From: an uncultured Candidatus Saccharibacteria bacterium
GTDB taxonomy: Bacteria > Patescibacteriota > Minisyncoccia > Phycocordibacterales > UBA918
Length of the DNA stretch: 64,000 nt
Assembly (NCBI GenBank): GCA_964626635.1
Contig: CAZVFY010000001.1
Coordinates: 112,498-176,497, forward strand
Direction of reading: 5' to 3'
Part shown: piece by piece, positions 58,908 to 64,000 of the stretch
Layout of the letters: every line of letters starts with the position of its first letter
Numbering within the stretch: position 1 is the stretch's first letter
Position numbers and translations under genes: made by a program
Notes under the pieces: model-generated
Databases searched by the model: none
What the model was told of the DNA's origin: nothing
What the model saw: only the letters and a program-made list of their open reading frames with translations

Positions 58908-59732
58908 TCAGGTACCCAACCGGTACGCACGACCGTTGCGCGTAATCAATCCTTCGGCTTCTAATGTAACTAGAACAGCCCCGACTCGCTCGTCGTGAAT
59001 GGATTGCTGTAATGCATTCGCCGTCTGCGGCCCCGCCGAGAGATGGCGCAATACTGCTCCTCGGACAGCCCTCCGAGAGCCTAAAAAGATTGGTTGACTG
59101 CGATACTGCGATAGTACGCGGGTGTTATTACCATGCACAGTTTTGAGGTGCGCACCATAGTCCATTAAGGCCGCGTACCAGTCACGTGGATTTGTTGTAT
59201 CAACAGTGTCCGAAACGAGTGCGACAAGATCTGATTCCTTTACTTCTGTGCAGCCCGAAAAATAATGGTGAATGTAGACCTGGCGCACATTAGTTTCGAT
59301 CAGTGTGACAGGCTGGTTGTAAGCAAAGACTTGAATGGCACTGGCGGTATAGGTTCCAACACCCGGTAGTTTCAGTAGATCAGATCGCTCGCGAGGCAAC
59401 ACTCCACCTGGCTGCCCAACCACTGTCTGAGCACACTGCCATAAAAACTTCGCCCGGCGATTGTACCCCAAACCTTGCCAATGTCGTAACACGTCTGATA
59501 AATCTGCTGTGGCTAAGGCTGATAGCGTCGGGAACGTTGCCAAGAAAGCAGTAAATTTTGGAATTACTCGCGCCACTTGGGTTTGCTGGAGCATAAGTTC
59601 TGACACTAATACCTGGTATGGCTCAAAGGTTTCTCGCCATGGCAAATCGTGCCGACCGTGTGCAGCGTAATAGTCCCACACTGTTTTCTTTAAAGCGGTG
59701 TGGCGGTCCGATTTAGCTAGTTTTTTGACCAT
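58908..59732 (-). CDS. mutY: MutY-like A/G-specific adenine glycosylase (HhH-GPD), short form without Fe-S cysteines
   Basis: LPWR, VSELMLQQTQV, WQGLGYNRRA, LPGVGTYTA, ETNVR; probable start MVKKL at 59732. Confidence 0.85.
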   Translation of the reverse strand: MVKKLAKSDRHTALKKTVWDYYAAHGRHDLPWRETFEPYQVLVSELMLQQTQVARVIPKFTAFLATFPTLSALATADLSDVLRHWQGLGYNRRAKFLWQCAQTVVGQPGGVLPRERSDLLKLPGVGTYTASAIQVFAYNQPVTLIETNVRQVYIHHYFSGCTEVKESDLVALVSDTVDTTNPRDWYAALMDYGAHLKTVHGNNTRVLSQYRSQPIFLGSRRAVRGAVLRHLSAGPQTANALQQSIHDERVGAVLVTLEAEGLITRNGRAYRLGT

Positions 59733-60814
59733 AGGTGGCGCACAATTGCACCAGCCAACCACATCACACTAAGGCCATACACGAACGCCAATACTTGAGG
59801 AACAAACCCCAAGATGCCAATCACTAACCCACCGAACAGCACTGACATCAATCCGATATCGCTTCGTTTTGCAAACCAGCGTTGCAACGTATGGCCAAGT
59901 AGAATTGGCACACACGCTCCCGCTACCAAAAACAGCAGTAAGTACAACAGCAAAAGAATGGTGGCTACATATAACCCTACCGTGGTAAGCGAAAGTACGC
60001 CAATTAGTATTGGTAGTAGTATTAAAAGGGTCAACCCAACCAGGCCAGATATGATTGCCCGGTATGGCGCGCCTTTAATCAGATCGGTCACTGACGCGCG
60101 GGCGATGAATAGCAGTGTACACGATGCAAACAATAAGGTTGCTAGCGCGACGTATTGAAAACTGAGCAGTGGATTGCTATCAGCCTGGACCGGATCGTTA
60201 CGCAGCAACTCACCTTGTAGCACTGCCGATGGGGCTACCGCTGCTACGTTACTACTAATATAACGAATTGATTCGGTCACAGATGCAGTAGCACCGATAT
60301 TAAAAGCATTCACTCGTACGTCTACCCGCTCTCGCACTACACTATCGAGCGACAAATCACCATAGGTACCCAGCACACTACCAGCAATATCTCCTGCAAC
60401 AGTCGCTCGGTTAACGTAAAGAATTACGTCTCCACCAATCACTGCAGTTGAAAGAATGGATACTTCGTTCGCGAGGACGAGAACGTCGCCATTGATCGTA
60501 CCTGATAACTCGACACTACCACCAACAATACGCACATCACCTGCGACCTCGCCAGTGCTAGTTACAAACAATCCGGCCGCAGTCAGGTCATCTGTAATGA
60601 CGCCATTGTGAGATACTCGATTACCTACTAATGTACCGTCACCATTAACCACGCCGGAGAGAACGACTGGCGTACCAATTGCTACCAAATTACCGTCAAC
60701 TGCTTCCTGACCGCTTAATTCGAAATTTTGCGCGGTCCGGATGACCGTATCTGCAGATACCCACGCTGGGGCGAGAAACGTTATACAACACAGAATTAGG
60801 TACAAATACTTCAT
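59717..60814 (-). CDS. Bactofilin-like (polymer-forming beta-helix) membrane protein
   Basis: Signal peptide, repeated G.V.GD motifs, several C-terminal TMs. Confidence 0.7.
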   Translation of the reverse strand: MKYLYLILCCITFLAPAWVSADTVIRTAQNFELSGQEAVDGNLVAIGTPVVLSGVVNGDGTLVGNRVSHNGVITDDLTAAGLFVTSTGEVAGDVRIVGGSVELSGTINGDVLVLANEVSILSTAVIGGDVILYVNRATVAGDIAGSVLGTYGDLSLDSVVRERVDVRVNAFNIGATASVTESIRYISSNVAAVAPSAVLQGELLRNDPVQADSNPLLSFQYVALATLLFASCTLLFIARASVTDLIKGAPYRAIISGLVGLTLLILLPILIGVLSLTTVGLYVATILLLLYLLLFLVAGACVPILLGHTLQRWFAKRSDIGLMSVLFGGLVIGILGFVPQVLAFVYGLSVMWLAGAIVRHLWSKN

Positions 60815-61578
60815 GTTTGTATATCTTCTCTTATTACAGTTCGCTTGACAGCTATTCTCTCCTCCACTTCCTGAATAATCTTACTTTCCTCTATTCGCTT
60901 TAGTTCCTCCTTCTTTATAGTAGAAGTGGCAATATTTTCTTTCTCACCCAAATTCATAACGAGAAACAAAAAGGTTGCAATACCGATAATGCCAATTAGG
61001 TTGAGTATCAGGATTAGGAACGCGCCACGCGCGACTTCAATGTCGAGGGCAGCCATCCCAATGCCAATGGTTGCAAGCGGCGGAATTAAAGCTACTGCGA
61101 TCGCTACGCCAGGCAGTGCCTCGCTCCACTCTGGTCGAGCAAGCATGTACGCCACCGCCGCTCCAGCTACAATGGCAACAAACAGATGGAGTAGGTGCGG
61201 CTCGGTGCGTAGGAGGACCTGCTCGGTCAAATACGAATTGCCGCTGCCAAACAAAAGCGCTGCTACGGTCGCCAACACGACACCGCTAGACAGTGATATA
61301 AAAAGTGTACGCACAGCCCGCTGGAGAATAGATATTCTCTCGCCCATCATCACAAGTCCCAAAGCCACACCTAAAACCGGATACATGAGTGGCGCAATAA
61401 GCATGCTACCAATCACAATAGAACTACTGTCCAATAACAGTCCGAATGTTGCCATTAGGGTAGACAAGCCGATCAGATAAAAATAATCAAAATCAGCTGT
61501 ACTGCTTGACACTAATTTGCGAACCAAAGCAGCCTTATCTTGTTCGGGAACAGCCCGAAAACGGGCAATAATACTCAT
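60811..61578 (-). CDS. DUF389 (TIGR00341-like) membrane protein
   Basis: GLLLDS..IVIGSMLIAPLM.P, RT.P, LPGVAIAVALIPPL. Confidence 0.88.
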   Translation of the reverse strand: MSIIARFRAVPEQDKAALVRKLVSSSTADFDYFYLIGLSTLMATFGLLLDSSSIVIGSMLIAPLMYPVLGVALGLVMMGERISILQRAVRTLFISLSSGVVLATVAALLFGSGNSYLTEQVLLRTEPHLLHLFVAIVAGAAVAYMLARPEWSEALPGVAIAVALIPPLATIGIGMAALDIEVARGAFLILILNLIGIIGIATFLFLVMNLGEKENIATSTIKKEELKRIEESKIIQEVEERIAVKRTVIREDIQT

Positions 61579-61620
61579 GGAGCAAATATACCATACTGTC
61601 ACTAGATTATTAGCCGGTTA

Positions 61621-61800
61621 TCAGTGGACTAACTGCACTGACACGGGAGCCTGCAATACCCCGATCAACAATAATGCTACCAATACCAAAATGACGCAGA
61701 TGATGAACAAACGCAACCTTGAACGGGATAGTTCTCGCTGACCGGTATGCCAGTTGCGCTCGTATAAGAAATGAAACGCAAACTGTAAGAAATTACGCAT
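61621..61800 (-). CDS. Small 59-aa single-TM protein absent from the ORF track (MRNFLQFAFHFLYERNWHTGQRELSRSRLRLFIICVILVLVALLLIGVLQAPVSVQLVH)
   Basis: Fills the htrA-DUF389 gap; TACAAT 6 nt upstream of ATG; clear TM. Confidence 0.7.
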   Translation of the reverse strand: MRNFLQFAFHFLYERNWHTGQRELSRSRLRLFIICVILVLVALLLIGVLQAPVSVQLVH

Positions 61801-61804
61801 TACT

Positions 61805-63043
61805 TTATTGTACTGACTGGGGTGCTCGATCTAGGGTGACATCCACAGTTTCTTCAGTGCCATCAATTAGCAAAGTCAAGGACACTGTGTCTCCTGGTTG
61901 ATATTCACGCAACACCGCAGCAAGCGTACGCCCCTCTAATTTGGTATCGTCAATAGACAAAATTATGTCTCCTGCTTGCAGACCGATAGAATCAGCCGGT
62001 GAACCGGGCATGACTGCCCGCAGTCCAGTGGCGGCATCGCCCACAATCAGGGCGCCATACTCGACCGTCAGATTATCCCGCTCGGCAATTTGTGACGTAA
62101 TATTGGCGTATCGTACACCGATGTACGGTCGCACAATCTCGCCAAACTCTTCAACTGACTGTACGACCGTCTCGACTACGTGCGCTGGCAGCGCAAAGCT
62201 AATGTTATCAGCGCCTCTTGAGGTGGCAACATTAACCCCAATAACTTCCCCACGCAAATTTACGAGCGGACCTCCTGAATTACCCGGGTTGATAGCTGCG
62301 TCTGTTTGAATCACAGAATCTAGCGTTTCACTTCGACCCATACCATCACTAGCAACGATCGATCGCCCCAACCCAGAGACAACCCCAACCGATACTGAGT
62401 TTCGAAATTCTGCTAGGGCATTACCGATAGCGACCACTGATTCACCTAATTGAAGGTTTTCGGAGTCTCCAAACTGTAAAAACGGTAAATCAGTTACAGA
62501 TTGATCTGCTACTTGCAGTAAGGCAATATCTAATTGTGGATCACGAGCCACCACCTCGGCTTCATAGATATTGCCGTCAGTGAGTACGACTGAGTAGTCT
62601 GCTTCTCGATCATCTACTACGTGACGATTCGTCACAATTAATCCATCACTTGAAACCAGAAACCCGGACCCTCCACCCACTTCACGTTGTTCAGTTCCAT
62701 TGCTGCGCACCCGTGGTACTGACCACCCGAACCAACTATCTTCGTAAAACCGCTCAAACACCGGCACGTCTCTAGTCACGATCACTGACACTACCGCTGG
62801 GTTCACCGCGGCAATGGTGTCAACTACGGACCCATTCGCAATAAAAGGAGCTGTTGTGCCAGTGCTCATGATCGGATTGTCACTGGGTCCTGAGGTGGCA
62901 TTTGGAGTAACGTCAAGCTGCTGTGCGAGCGATGTGACGAGTTGATCTTTCGCGAGTAGAGCTACCACCCCAATGATAGCAAGCGTGGTGGTGACACTAA
63001 TCACAATAGTAACGAATGTATTATTCTGGTTTGAATGTTGCAT
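61805..63043 (-). CDS. htrA: HtrA/DegP-family serine protease with PDZ domain
   Basis: GSGF, VTNRHV, IQTDAAINPGNSGGPL, C-terminal PDZ. Confidence 0.95.
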   Translation of the reverse strand: MQHSNQNNTFVTIVISVTTTLAIIGVVALLAKDQLVTSLAQQLDVTPNATSGPSDNPIMSTGTTAPFIANGSVVDTIAAVNPAVVSVIVTRDVPVFERFYEDSWFGWSVPRVRSNGTEQREVGGGSGFLVSSDGLIVTNRHVVDDREADYSVVLTDGNIYEAEVVARDPQLDIALLQVADQSVTDLPFLQFGDSENLQLGESVVAIGNALAEFRNSVSVGVVSGLGRSIVASDGMGRSETLDSVIQTDAAINPGNSGGPLVNLRGEVIGVNVATSRGADNISFALPAHVVETVVQSVEEFGEIVRPYIGVRYANITSQIAERDNLTVEYGALIVGDAATGLRAVMPGSPADSIGLQAGDIILSIDDTKLEGRTLAAVLREYQPGDTVSLTLLIDGTEETVDVTLDRAPQSVQ

Positions 63044-63074
63044 AAGCTGTGGTTTCTAATACGCCGCTAATTTA

Positions 63075-64000
63075 TTAGTCTTTCGCTGCCTTATCAAATT
63101 GGTAGTAATTACTTTCGGGAAACAATTGTAAGCCTCGCTCCCACATTTCGGGGCGATCTTGTAATTTTAACCAATACCACCATTCGGCTCCCCACAGGTA
63201 TTGCTGTTCATATCGGGTTGAAGCGGCGTAGGTCAAGATATCTTCAAATTTCTGCAAATTCATCCGGGTAAATTGCACTGGTATGGGTACGTCGACAATC
63301 GGCTCGAGCAGCCACGGCTCGGCCGAGAGTTCTATAAGGACTGTTTCCTTCTGGCCATAGCGCCACTCCATCAACGTTTCCTTGGCGCGGTAGAACCACG
63401 GTGGTAGCCATGTGCGAAACTGTCCTAGCTCAGGATTCCAAAAGTGAACGTACACGCTGGTCCCGAACACATCCCCGCGCGAATACGCGCCAGCCCACAG
63501 ACCAAGATTACCTGAATCAGTGATGATGATCGGTCTATTGGGATCCATTTCGCGCACCAATTCGATTGACTGGTCGAGAAAGGCTTTGTCTAGTTCACCG
63601 CAGTGTTCGAACGCAAATGCCGCCAAAAATGGCTCGTTCTCAACCTGCCACCACATCACGGCCGGGCTGTCGCGATAGCGTTCGACGACGGCTTGCATGT
63701 ATTCTAGCTGCGCTGCATTACGCTCCGCCAGCGTAAACTCCTGATCCTGCAACCAGTTCGGGTCATGGCACTCTGGCCAGCGTGGCAAACGGCGCCCGAC
63801 AGCTAGTACAACCGTTGCCCCCACCTCCTCCGCTCTCGTTATTTGGTAATCTAGCTCGGCCCAGTTATATGCGTCTAGCTGTGGCTCGATCATTGGCCAG
63901 TGGGCCGTCAGGCGCAAGTGACGCACCCCCATGTCGTCGAGAATGGCATCATATGCTTCCTGCCAATTTAGTCCCAGTTCACGGGCATACGGCGTATTGA
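63075..64000 (-). CDS. Clan GH-A glycoside hydrolase (GH5/GH42-like); 5' end lies beyond the right edge
   Basis: QVENEP acid/base, ELSAEPW probable nucleophile region; frame stays open to the edge (NTPYARELGLNWQEAYDAILDD). Confidence 0.75.
   Translation of the reverse strand, partial: NTPYARELGLNWQEAYDAILDDMGVRHLRLTAHWPMIEPQLDAYNWAELDYQITRAEEVGATVVLAVGRRLPRWPECHDPNWLQDQEFTLAERNAAQLEYMQAVVERYRDSPAVMWWQVENEPFLAAFAFEHCGELDKAFLDQSIELVREMDPNRPIIITDSGNLGLWAGAYSRGDVFGTSVYVHFWNPELGQFRTWLPPWFYRAKETLMEWRYGQKETVLIELSAEPWLLEPIVDVPIPVQFTRMNLQKFEDILTYAASTRYEQQYLWGAEWWYWLKLQDRPEMWERGLQLFPESNYYQFDKAAKD

Overview
This 64-kb bacterial window uses genetic code 11. Its gene content and style suggest a Patescibacteria (CPR) Parcubacteria-like genome; this assignment is inference. 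The left ~40 kb is a co-oriented minus-strand cell-surface supercluster. In reading order it holds: a class F sortase with its substrate, a CAP protein, umuDC, a secreted subunit with a WxL/pilin-like C-terminal strand, a DUF916/PapD-like membrane-anchored partner, a dockerin protein sharing the subunit's N-terminal domain, Hsp20, a membrane-anchored cohesin protein, a 7440-aa giant adhesin-like protein (repeated scaffold with nested DUF2341/LamG/lectin-like inserts), an FN3 protein and a MacB-type ABC transporter whose ATPase has a long C-terminal tail. The best candidate for an undescribed system is a cohesin-dockerin-anchored, WxL/Csc-like surface fibre or adhesin complex. The right ~24 kb is mostly housekeeping: ECF sigma/anti-sigma, pseudouridine synthase, typA, tRNA-Ser(GGA), htpX, lemA, groESL, secG, an oppA-like gene, rnj, MFS, a mutY-like gene, htrA and a clan GH-A hydrolase. 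It also contains a candidate ~200-nt structured ncRNA after typA and two stand-alone promoter-SD-gene-terminator cassettes (archaemetzincin-like and LolA-like). A leaderless-promoter signature recurs across the whole window. All family calls come from motif recognition by eye; no searches were run.
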